IMG/VR virus record: IMGVR_UViG_3300021387_001614
Location: 32,001-96,000 of that record
From: a virus
Taxonomy: Duplodnaviria; Caudoviricetes
DNA: 64,000 nt
Direction: 5' to 3' (one strand)
The translations under genes and the position numbers were made by a program. Below are positions 19,663 to 28,860 of the stretch, piece after piece (the stretch's first letter is position 1; every line of letters starts with the position of its first letter). Under the pieces are notes generated by a model. The model ran no database searches, was not told the origin of the DNA, and was given only the letters and a program-made list of their open reading frames with translations.

Positions 19663-20496
19663 TTAATAACCAAATATCTTATTTATATCCTGCTTCAGGT
19701 CATCATCAACATAAAAACTTTGTGCCATATCTCTTTCTGTCATGTCATCAACGTCATTATTGGTGATTACATATTCTTTTGATGTTGGCTCTTGGTTGTC
19801 AAAATATGCGTCATAATTGCTTGTCATACCTTTTTGTTTCCAATAATCAACAGGATTAACGTTAAATGGATATGAATCGAGTGAACGCAAATTCAATTTT
19901 TCGGTTTGTGTCGGGTTTCTTTTTTGGAATTCCTGATTTAACGCCTCGATGTTATTATTATTGCTGTCAATCATGGTTTCCATTTTTTCGATTGCTGTTA
20001 AGAGTTGGTCGATTCGATGATTAACCTTAACCACATCACGCCCTACCGCATTAACTTTATCATTAACCTTTTCCTCTGCGTTGGTAATATCTTCGACATC
20101 AATAACTTCTTCTTCATCACCACCCATAGCGTCGTCCATTGGCATACCGTCATCCATTGGCATATCGCCACCCATGGAATCATCCATAGGGGGTTCATCC
20201 ATTGGCATACCGTCTGTATTTGGGTCGCCCATTGGTGCACCGCCCGCATTAGGGTCGCCCATTGGTGCACCGCCCGCATTGGTGTCATCCATTGGCATAC
20301 CGTCTGCATTTGGGTCGCCCATTGGTGCACCGCCTGCATCCTGAGGCTGTTCGCCGCCCATAGGGTCGTTATTATTCATGTCTTGGTCATCATCAGCCTC
20401 TTCAACAGTACCATAGCCAAAACCTTCTACAATTCTCTTAAAGTGCTTATGTGCCTCATAAAGATTGTTTTCCTTAAGATATTTTACGTTTGTCAT
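19663..20496 (-). CDS. Acidic low-complexity/coiled-coil protein (possible prohead core or scaffold-associated)
   Basis: M/G/D/P-rich repeats followed by a coiled coil; xLxE motifs near the N-terminus. Start ATG 20496 or TTG 20508. Confidence 0.55.
   Translation of the reverse strand: MTNVKYLKENNLYEAHKHFKRIVEGFGYGTVEEADDDQDMNNNDPMGGEQPQDAGGAPMGDPNADGMPMDDTNAGGAPMGDPNAGGAPMGDPNTDGMPMDEPPMDDSMGGDMPMDDGMPMDDAMGGDEEEVIDVEDITNAEEKVNDKVNAVGRDVVKVNHRIDQLLTAIEKMETMIDSNNNNIEALNQEFQKRNPTQTEKLNLRSLDSYPFNVNPVDYWKQKGMTSNYDAYFDNQEPTSKEYVITNNDVDDMTERDMAQSFYVDDDLKQDINKIFGY
20191..20340 (-). repeat. Five 30-bp tandem units (GGAPMGDPNA / DGMPMDDTNA)
   Basis: gggtcgcccattggtgcaccgcc and tcatccattggcataccgtctg recur at a 30-bp period. 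Confidence 0.85.
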
Positions 20497-20664
20497 TTCT
20501 TTAGTCAATCAATAATTCTTTATTATCTTCTGTTAAAACCGTTACTGAACTTTCAGTTCTCTCGATTAAGCCCCTATCTTTTTTGATACGCTTAAACTCT
20601 TGGCATAAAGTCTCGTTACCGAGAATTTCTTCTGCCATTTTAATTTTTTCTTTTGTATCCATCA

Positions 20665-20934
20665 TCATGATTGTGTTTCATTTTCAATCAAATCTTCATT
20701 GGATTTGTTATTTTTCTTCGACTTTGTTGTTTTTTTCTTTGTTGTTTCAACAACTACGTCATTTTCAATTTCTTCTACCACAGGTTTAGCAATCGCAATT
20801 TCTACCGGTTTCTCATTTTTTTCTATTTTAATGTTTTCGACTTTTTTTTCTTCTTTTGCCTCTACATTAACAATTTTTTTTACCGATTGCGGTTGTTTCT
20901 CTTGTGTTTTCTTATTTATAAAACGCATTCTCAT
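20665..20934 (-). CDS. Small Lys/Glu-rich hypothetical protein
   Basis: 89-aa ORF preceded by the late motif at 20985. Confidence 0.55.
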   Translation of the reverse strand: MRMRFINKKTQEKQPQSVKKIVNVEAKEEKKVENIKIEKNEKPVEIAIAKPVVEEIENDVVVETTKKKTTKSKKNNKSNEDLIENETQS

Positions 20935-21033
20935 ATTCTTAAAATTTTTTGTGAATGTTTAAGTGCGAAAAGCACATTTTTCTTTATAAATATCTGTATT
21001 TACAAAAAATGCAACCTTTAAAGGGGTTGCATA

Positions 21034-21630
21034 TTAAAAATCGTCTGAAACTGACATAAAATAAGGAATTATGTAACGGTTATTGTTTAGTCTCGTGCAA
21101 AGTTTTGAAGAAAATGGGCAATCATCTTCACATACAAGATTTTTTTCTTTTAATTTATTTATCACTTTATCCTTTTTTATCCCACAATATTCTAACATTG
21201 TAAGCGAAACCCCCAATATTGTGCCTTCATGTAAAACATAAGCCATATTATTACTAATATAAATGCATTTTTCACCTTCCGAAAATAATATGTTGTATAA
21301 TCTCTTTATTTTACTATATCTTAAAGTGATAATGTTAATATAATAATACTTTATAGTATTTAATACGTTTTGTATAATATATTTAGAAAATTCTTCCACA
21401 TCCCTTTCATAAAATTCACGTTTTTCAGTCTTCTTAAATGTCCAAAAAACATTTTCACTTAACTTCTTGTTAAGAATTGAAAAATTATCTGAATATTTTT
21501 TTGCATTTTCTAATCCTACAATAAGAATAGGCTTTGTTGGGTCAGCCAACGAAACATCACTAACCAACCCAACAAAATCGTCCAATCCCTTTATTTTAGA
21601 CGTACTAACAATATATCCAAGTTTCTCCAC
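21034..21630 (-). CDS. Hypothetical protein (likely start GTG 21630, VEKLGYIV)
   Basis: The ORF-track start overlaps the hub gene; a Bacteroidota promoter at 21646-21677 supports the shorter start. Confidence 0.6.
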   Translation of the reverse strand: MEKLGYIVSTSKIKGLDDFVGLVSDVSLADPTKPILIVGLENAKKYSDNFSILNKKLSENVFWTFKKTEKREFYERDVEEFSKYIIQNVLNTIKYYYINIITLRYSKIKRLYNILFSEGEKCIYISNNMAYVLHEGTILGVSLTMLEYCGIKKDKVINKLKEKNLVCEDDCPFSSKLCTRLNNNRYIIPYFMSVSDDF

Positions 21631-21679
21631 TTTAACTATTTTTAGCAAATATACTAAAAAAAAATGAAAAAACCAAATA

Positions 21680-24600
21680 TTAGCTGCCACCAAGGAAACT
21701 AAAATGCATGGTGTCACCATAATCACCACCCCATCCAATGCCGTATTTGGCTAATATTTTAATAACGGGGTGTCCCCAATGCCATATACACTTCTGTGGG
21801 TCATAACCCCCACCGTACGGACATATTTTTTGTGCGCACCAACTGCTTGCCCTTGTACCAACAGATGGCTCTCGGTTTATCTTACTCTTAAATGGCACTT
21901 TATAGAAGAATGGGTTTCCGCCGCTTCCCGCGTTTATATCAAACGCCAATCCGAGTGCATGGTTAGATGCTCTATTAGACCGGCCATTTCCATTATTAAC
22001 ACATCTAATCTGTAGTCCTGAACCCGCATCGTGCACGTTAAAGTTCGTCGTGTTCTTAATCTCTTCGAACGCCCTCTTTACCGCTTCTGCGACTTTTTTA
22101 TGCAGCGTTATTTTTCTTTTACCGTTACGTGTTTCATATTCGAATTCGACGAACAAATTCTTTGTTAATTGCTTGTACCTATCCTGATTTGCCTTACTTC
22201 CAAACTTAGATAATAAATCTATTGCCTCTTGCGGGAAACCGTATTCCGTTATTAATTTTCTGTTTCTATTAGACCTGTCTTGTGCATTTCCGTCAAAGGG
22301 AATATACGGTCCATCGTAATTTCCACCATACAATAAACCATCACTCGAAGGTACAACAAGGGTGTTACAGTCTGTAATTTGTATACCCTTTTTCATATCA
22401 TCTGAGATAGGTGTTGTAATATATTTGGCGTTTCCACCTTTATTAAGATATTTTGTGATTGATTTAGCGTACTGCTCATTAACCTCAGAAGAATTGTAAA
22501 CACCCTTTGTGTCTTCCTTATATACACCCACAATTTTGTTTGTTCCCGGTTTTTCAGACGCTTTAACATAAATGTATGATGGATTACCTTTTGCACCATT
22601 ATCATTTGGTATCATCCATCTCAACTCCTCAATATAATTAAAATAATCAGTATTAAGGCATACATCGAATACTCCCGGTAGTTTTGTCTTGTCATCACAA
22701 GTAAACCTAATGGTATTCTCTGTTAAAGTTTTTTCATCGAAACCGACATTTCCTTGTATTGCAGAATTAGCACATGTATCGTGCACAGCCCTACCAAGCG
22801 CCTTTATAAATTCTTTTTCTTTTTTGTTTACATTGTCATTTTTAACAGGAACATCCTCTAATTTCCATACGGGTTGAAAGTTATTGTCCGGTGATGCAAT
22901 ATATACGCTATGTCGGTGATGGAACAAATACTTTCCTTTCCACCAAAATAAGTGTTCTCTCTCGTATCCTTTTGAAGTGACGGGGCATCCTGCACCCGGC
23001 TTGCCAATTAAAGCGTGGTCATATCCACAATCAACACAATACAACAACGCTGTTGACAACATTTCATATGTTAAGGTCACTGGCGACGAATATTCTTCTG
23101 TCTGTTTATCCAAAAACACCTTTCTCACTCTATGTGAATTATCAACTTGTGTGGTTTGCCCTATTAATTGTGCGGGACCGTTAAAATAAATAGATTTAAC
23201 AATATCTTTTGATGGCTTACCATCAACTAGTTTATCTTTATTTGCAACAAACGAATACGCCCAAGAAACCCTATTTTTTGTAAATAGCCAAGATTTATTA
23301 TGATGCCAATAATTACATTGAAAACCGGCATGGATTTTCATACCAAGTTCCCCTTCTATACCCGCTTCCTGATATGCCATTGCAGCAAGGGTTTCCCATA
23401 ATGGAAGGTCGTATAACCCATTATCCTTTATTGGTGAATAAGCTTTTATACCGTATTTTTGTATAACATCCCTTGTCTTCATCATTAAGTCTTCCGTTGG
23501 TATAGCACCACCCACACCGCCATTATTAAAGAGTGGATAAACAGGGTATGGACAGTCGTTGTCAACATTAGCCGCCTTATTCTTCATTGATTCAAGGTCT
23601 TGACTGCTATACCCACCCGTACTTGTAGGATTCTTAAGGACGCACCAATCCTGAACCTTACGAGTCATGTTGTTTGCCATTCTCACGCCCGTAAAGTTCG
23701 TTACCATGTTTCCGCGCTCGATGTGATGTGTTACTTTAACAATATAATACGTACCCTTAAACATCGGAACGTTTGTTAAACAGAAATACATAAGAGGCTG
23801 AACCCACGCACAACCCATCATTCTAACATTACATGTATAAGAGTTATTAGAATAGATTGTATACAAGTCCTGACCTATGGCTGTCATATTTTTCTCTGCA
23901 CCATCAGTGCTTTCGTTATTCATCGATGCAATCTGATAAATCGCCTTAAACGTCTGTTCTGTTGACATCGGCGCATCCATATTAACATCAATGTCGGTAA
24001 AATAACTCTGATACATTTTTCCATATGAAACGCCAAATGCGGGAATACTGTATCCTGCTTCCGCACTGTCGGTTAGTGCAACCGGGAAATTAGGACTAAC
24101 TTGAACGTTGTTTCCGTTTAAGCCGTTTATCATAAACGAATCGTCCTTATATTCACTATCCGGTCCCAAATCCAAATGTGAAGATGGCTCATATGGGTAT
24201 TGTATAATAAAATTAGGGTCTGATGACGGCGTTCCCATCTCAAGGTATGGTATCGGCGTAAACATTTTTTCCAAGTTTTCCTTTATTGATAAATCAAGGA
24301 AGTTGTTTATACAGAAAAAGTTAAATTTATTGTCTTGACACATGACCGACAAGAATGAAAGAAGCGTGTATTGTTCATTCATTCTGCAACTATCAATCTG
24401 TTGTCCTATTTTATCAATGTTAACCAAAAAATCTTTGCCTATTTTATGATAGAACGAATCTATAAAGATGAACACAGGTGCTTTGCCATTAACGCCCTCG
24501 AAGAAATACTCAAGACTGTATTTGTCCTTAATTGTGTCACCTGCTATCCACTTGTCATACAATAACTTAAGATAACGGTAAACACCAATCCTAATGTCTT

Positions 24601-27600
24601 CGGGCATTTCCGTTTCTTTAGTTCTGTCTATGTTTCCGCTATTATCACCATTGGCGGCTTCTGTTGGCTCACCATATTGTTTTTTAAGTTCATCACAGAA
24701 TGCAGATAAGAATACCTTGGCTTTATCACTGTTCATGGAAACGTCTGTTGTAGAGTCGGTTGTTGTGTACTTAGTAGGCGTAACAAGCGCATACATTTGC
24801 ATTGCCACCCTTGTAACCTCTTTGGCTGCGTTTGTTTTATCTCGCATACCCAAAAGCACACCGTACTCTAATGGTTGATGACCTTCTGTCTTTCGTGGGC
24901 CGACAACATCCTCGTCAACGGTAAGGTAGTTTTTAAAGAATCTATCACTGCTTGTGTGTTTTATAAAAAATTTCTCAACACCATTTATTGCCATTTGTCC
25001 AACACCAAGAATCCCATCTCTTTCGCTGTCCTGCATTTCTCTAAGTTCATTAAAGAACGCCGTTGTGCCACTTCTAAAGTCTATTTCAAGCCCACCAGCT
25101 ATCACAGGTTTAAATTTCTCATCCACCCATTTTTTAAACTCTGCAATGAATACATTTTTAACATCACGTCTAACGTTGGTGTTTAATCCAAAGTCTGATG
25201 GTTTAGATGGAATACTGTTCCAACGCCCTTCTCCTGTTGGCAATGGATTTGTTTCAAGCCAATATAAAGCGCCCGCCATTAATATTGATGCGTATGGAAC
25301 AAAAAGACATGGAGTGTTGTTTTTTAAAAGATTCTCAAATATACCTTTATACGTAATAAACCCATTCGCACTTTTTTCGAAATCGGAACCGAGTGCATAA
25401 AGGAACAAAAACGCCCTATGGTAATAATCACTATAGTTGTAATAACCTTGTTCACCGAAAAGTGAAACATTTTCATTATTAATTCCGTTTATCACATGCA
25501 AACTGCACTTTGTGATATCTAAATCTGCCCAAAAACTTTTATTTACACTTGTTTCAAACTCTAAATCATCATAATTTCCATGGTCGTCAATGTCAAAAAA
25601 TTCATAGCCACTACCAAACGCTTTGGTCTCATCCGCTTCTGTTTCCGTTCTTCTTGTTTCAGGAAATACATAACTGTTTTTTTTACATGTTGGCGTACCT
25701 TCCATTAAGTCAAACAAAAAATCATTTCTGCTATACCAACCCCCATAGCCACTTTTCGTGAGGTCGAACACATTCATCAAAGCGTCTTTCACAGCAGCGA
25801 TATTCTCATTGTCATCACCCTTCACACGCTCTTCTATAATCATCTTATATCTCTGAGGGAACGGGTCGATTTTTATGAGATTATTGGCACACTCATTGTT
25901 GTTTGTTGTATTGTCAATGCACTTTGTCGCTATATATGATTCACTATTACTTGGTTTATTATATACGTTTCCTGTTGGATTTAAATCACTGTTTATTTTT
26001 TCAAAACCAACACCTTGTACAGGCAAATACCGTCCACCGTTGCTATATCCAAACGTTTTTAATGAAAAGTTGCTATCAACCAAACCATCAACCGTTGATA
26101 AACGAGGGTTACTCCAAGCGTATTTGTTGTCTTTTCCATACGTTGCAACATACTCAGGTTTGCTGTTTGTCAACATATCAAAGGCTATATCGGCAAACTT
26201 ATTATTTTCATCCCCAAGTTTTTCTAAGAATTCATTAGATGGGTTAGGGAAGAATTTTCTAAAATTGCGTGCCTCTGCCCTTGCAATGGGTGAGATAAGT
26301 GTTTCTTTGTCAAGAGTGATACCGCTACTAACAGCACCGAATATCTGCAACATACGAAGACCAATTAATCCCACAACATCGCTGACATCATTAAAATTTA
26401 CACTGTTGCCATAAGGACTTGAAGATAATATCATGTCCATAGGACTAACAGGTATTTCCATTGGCGTGTTTGTGTTTATAACAGTGCCATCACCGGGAGT
26501 TGTTTCTGCCGCTTCTTCGATTTGTGTATTAACTATTTTAACACCGTTAATGAAGCCATTAACAAGTTCTTTCTCAAGCCAATTTCCATTAAGGTTACCA
26601 ATCCACGACTCTTCGTTTATCATCGACCCGTCGGAATTTGTTCGCTGTTCTGTAACTTTAGGGAACGGTGGAACAAATGCACTTTCACCATCCTTAAAAT
26701 CAGGCAAATTATCCGGACCAACACCAAGTGAGGACATGGTTCTCTTAGGTTCAGACGATTCAATCGAAATTGCAGTCTCACGAATCATATGAACATAGGT
26801 TTCAAAATGCGCCATGACTAATTTAGTGATGTTGCCCACACTCGGCACAAAACCAAGCGTATCAATAATAGCCTTTTGGTAAACTTTTGCTATTTCAGCC
26901 TCGTTTTCTTGTATTTTAATATCATTGTTCTCTTTTTCACTATTAAAAATCTTCAGAAAATCTGAACTAATGAAGACTATACCGCTATGAAGGCCAAAAC
27001 CCTCTATGAGATTACCATGAGATTTTTCTTTATCAAATAACAGGTTGTCATTGAAATGTCCAATGCGGTCAAGAATTTTAACATCAGTAATTTGAGTACT
27101 GTTTACTGATGTCATATTAGACCCCATCCAGTTTTCTAACTCAGGATAAGATGACGATAACCCCGTACCAAAAGTAATAACAGTTTTTCCATTGGCGTAG
27201 TCAAATATTTTTTTTGGCCTTAAATTTATGATTTCATTAATATTAACCGTCGGAATCATGTTATTTTCGTTTCCGCCGTTATATTCATTAATAGCCTCAT
27301 TTAATGTTTCAGCACCCTTGCAAATTTTATCTATAAGTCTGTCACCAAGAATTTCCCTCAGTGTTTTTTTAGAGTCTGAATCAGGAACCATTATAGCAAA
27401 AGCGCGTAAATATCCACCCGATTCGCCAATGAATTTCTGCGAAAATGTTACATTAGTGCCACCAAACTTGAAGTCCTTTGTTTCATTATACCCCGACAAC
27501 GCTTCTTTAACTGCATCAGAAAATGTCTTATATGCTGCGGCAACGCCATTTAACGCATCATTATTGATATCAAGTTCGGTTTTGACTTCCATTTCAGGAC

Positions 27601-28531
27601 TTGAATCTGTTATTGCTGAGGCTTGTACGGACGCTTTTTGTATCATCCCATAAAGTTCACTCAACGTTAACATTTTAGAACCGTCATCAAAAACAAATCT
27701 TCCTGCATCAACTTGTGCTTTCCAATAATCAGCACCTATCCAATCAGAATATGGTGCCGCCATGAGCGAATTCAGTGTAATATCACCCAAAAACGAGAAT
27801 TGGAATCCCACGAATTTAACCGTCACATTAAAATTACCTGTGTTTGATTGAAAGGATGCCCTAAAATCCTGAACTGTCAGTGTATAAGTTGTTGGCTTGC
27901 CGTAATACCCCTTCACAACGAGTTTATAAATAGGATAAGGCATTGTGAAAAAACTCTTAAAAAACGAGCCTGTGACATCGGGTCTTTTATATCCCTCCAT
28001 GCCATTTTCAGACCTAAATGATGCCATTTCCTCAGCAGAAAAAAGGGCAACACCCCTTACATCCACAAATTTCATAGTAACTTGTGGAACCATCATGTTA
28101 TTATACTCAATATCAATTGATTCTATACCGAAGAGTTCTGTACTCGGCTTTTCTTGAACGTCGTCAAAGAAAACGTTAGTATAATCAGTCGTTAAAACAT
28201 TTGATGTCTTATTTATACCATCAATGGTACTACCTTGTAAAAAACTAATCTTATCCTTACCTTGTTGTGACTCCCAATTAATGATATATGTGTGATTATC
28301 TTCACTTTCTGTTACGTTTATCGTCCTTCCTCTAACCTCAACCGAAAGATTAACAAAAGTCGAGTAATCCTCCAAATTATTTAGCATCTCGTTAGAATGT
28401 ACACCATGTGAACCTATTGTGGTGTAAGATGTTGTGTAATTTGGCTCAACGTAGTTAATTCTGGTAGAAGGTATGTTGTTATACACCTCTACGGTATCTG
28501 TCTCTGCTGAAATTATTTCGTTTTCTCTCAT
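21680..28531 (-). CDS. Giant baseplate hub/tail-tip protein (2283 aa) with C-terminal M15-family peptidoglycan peptidase
   Basis: FGIESIDIEY...PQVTMKFVDVRG and YTCNVRMMG...GTYYIVKVTHHI hub-like motifs; C-terminal R...SNHALGLAFDIN...WGGDY.DTMHF. Confidence 0.75.
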   Translation of the reverse strand: MRENEIISAETDTVEVYNNIPSTRINYVEPNYTTSYTTIGSHGVHSNEMLNNLEDYSTFVNLSVEVRGRTINVTESEDNHTYIINWESQQGKDKISFLQGSTIDGINKTSNVLTTDYTNVFFDDVQEKPSTELFGIESIDIEYNNMMVPQVTMKFVDVRGVALFSAEEMASFRSENGMEGYKRPDVTGSFFKSFFTMPYPIYKLVVKGYYGKPTTYTLTVQDFRASFQSNTGNFNVTVKFVGFQFSFLGDITLNSLMAAPYSDWIGADYWKAQVDAGRFVFDDGSKMLTLSELYGMIQKASVQASAITDSSPEMEVKTELDINNDALNGVAAAYKTFSDAVKEALSGYNETKDFKFGGTNVTFSQKFIGESGGYLRAFAIMVPDSDSKKTLREILGDRLIDKICKGAETLNEAINEYNGGNENNMIPTVNINEIINLRPKKIFDYANGKTVITFGTGLSSSYPELENWMGSNMTSVNSTQITDVKILDRIGHFNDNLLFDKEKSHGNLIEGFGLHSGIVFISSDFLKIFNSEKENNDIKIQENEAEIAKVYQKAIIDTLGFVPSVGNITKLVMAHFETYVHMIRETAISIESSEPKRTMSSLGVGPDNLPDFKDGESAFVPPFPKVTEQRTNSDGSMINEESWIGNLNGNWLEKELVNGFINGVKIVNTQIEEAAETTPGDGTVINTNTPMEIPVSPMDMILSSSPYGNSVNFNDVSDVVGLIGLRMLQIFGAVSSGITLDKETLISPIARAEARNFRKFFPNPSNEFLEKLGDENNKFADIAFDMLTNSKPEYVATYGKDNKYAWSNPRLSTVDGLVDSNFSLKTFGYSNGGRYLPVQGVGFEKINSDLNPTGNVYNKPSNSESYIATKCIDNTTNNNECANNLIKIDPFPQRYKMIIEERVKGDDNENIAAVKDALMNVFDLTKSGYGGWYSRNDFLFDLMEGTPTCKKNSYVFPETRRTETEADETKAFGSGYEFFDIDDHGNYDDLEFETSVNKSFWADLDITKCSLHVINGINNENVSLFGEQGYYNYSDYYHRAFLFLYALGSDFEKSANGFITYKGIFENLLKNNTPCLFVPYASILMAGALYWLETNPLPTGEGRWNSIPSKPSDFGLNTNVRRDVKNVFIAEFKKWVDEKFKPVIAGGLEIDFRSGTTAFFNELREMQDSERDGILGVGQMAINGVEKFFIKHTSSDRFFKNYLTVDEDVVGPRKTEGHQPLEYGVLLGMRDKTNAAKEVTRVAMQMYALVTPTKYTTTDSTTDVSMNSDKAKVFLSAFCDELKKQYGEPTEAANGDNSGNIDRTKETEMPEDIRIGVYRYLKLLYDKWIAGDTIKDKYSLEYFFEGVNGKAPVFIFIDSFYHKIGKDFLVNIDKIGQQIDSCRMNEQYTLLSFLSVMCQDNKFNFFCINNFLDLSIKENLEKMFTPIPYLEMGTPSSDPNFIIQYPYEPSSHLDLGPDSEYKDDSFMINGLNGNNVQVSPNFPVALTDSAEAGYSIPAFGVSYGKMYQSYFTDIDVNMDAPMSTEQTFKAIYQIASMNNESTDGAEKNMTAIGQDLYTIYSNNSYTCNVRMMGCAWVQPLMYFCLTNVPMFKGTYYIVKVTHHIERGNMVTNFTGVRMANNMTRKVQDWCVLKNPTSTGGYSSQDLESMKNKAANVDNDCPYPVYPLFNNGGVGGAIPTEDLMMKTRDVIQKYGIKAYSPIKDNGLYDLPLWETLAAMAYQEAGIEGELGMKIHAGFQCNYWHHNKSWLFTKNRVSWAYSFVANKDKLVDGKPSKDIVKSIYFNGPAQLIGQTTQVDNSHRVRKVFLDKQTEEYSSPVTLTYEMLSTALLYCVDCGYDHALIGKPGAGCPVTSKGYEREHLFWWKGKYLFHHRHSVYIASPDNNFQPVWKLEDVPVKNDNVNKKEKEFIKALGRAVHDTCANSAIQGNVGFDEKTLTENTIRFTCDDKTKLPGVFDVCLNTDYFNYIEELRWMIPNDNGAKGNPSYIYVKASEKPGTNKIVGVYKEDTKGVYNSSEVNEQYAKSITKYLNKGGNAKYITTPISDDMKKGIQITDCNTLVVPSSDGLLYGGNYDGPYIPFDGNAQDRSNRNRKLITEYGFPQEAIDLLSKFGSKANQDRYKQLTKNLFVEFEYETRNGKRKITLHKKVAEAVKRAFEEIKNTTNFNVHDAGSGLQIRCVNNGNGRSNRASNHALGLAFDINAGSGGNPFFYKVPFKSKINREPSVGTRASSWCAQKICPYGGGYDPQKCIWHWGHPVIKILAKYGIGWGGDYGDTMHFSFLGGS

Positions 28532-28533
28532 TT

Positions 28534-28857
28534 TTAAGAGGGTTCTAATCCGTATAATTTATCATAAATATCTATATCCTCATTATATTGTGCTATTGTG
28601 GTTTCAAGCGGATAAGGTATTCTTAAAATCGCCCCTTGCGGTATTCTAAACTCTAATGAGCCATATTCGGGATTTGCTTGAAGTATTAGCCAATCATAAT
28701 TCGGGTCACCATAGTATTGATACGAGACTAAATCTAATCTCGTTTTTCCGGGTTCATATTGTACGTAAATATCAGAACTCTTTTTAGGAATGGATATATA
28801 AGGAACGCTCTTTATATATCCATTTTTTCTAAATTTCTTATAACGGTCGTATGACAT
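28534..28857 (-). CDS. LysM-like baseplate protein (gp53 / tail X-like)
   Basis: RLDLVSYQYYGDPNYDWLILQANP...GAILRIP. Confidence 0.8.
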   Translation of the reverse strand: MSYDRYKKFRKNGYIKSVPYISIPKKSSDIYVQYEPGKTRLDLVSYQYYGDPNYDWLILQANPEYGSLEFRIPQGAILRIPYPLETTIAQYNEDIDIYDKLYGLEPS

Positions 28858-28860
28858 AAA

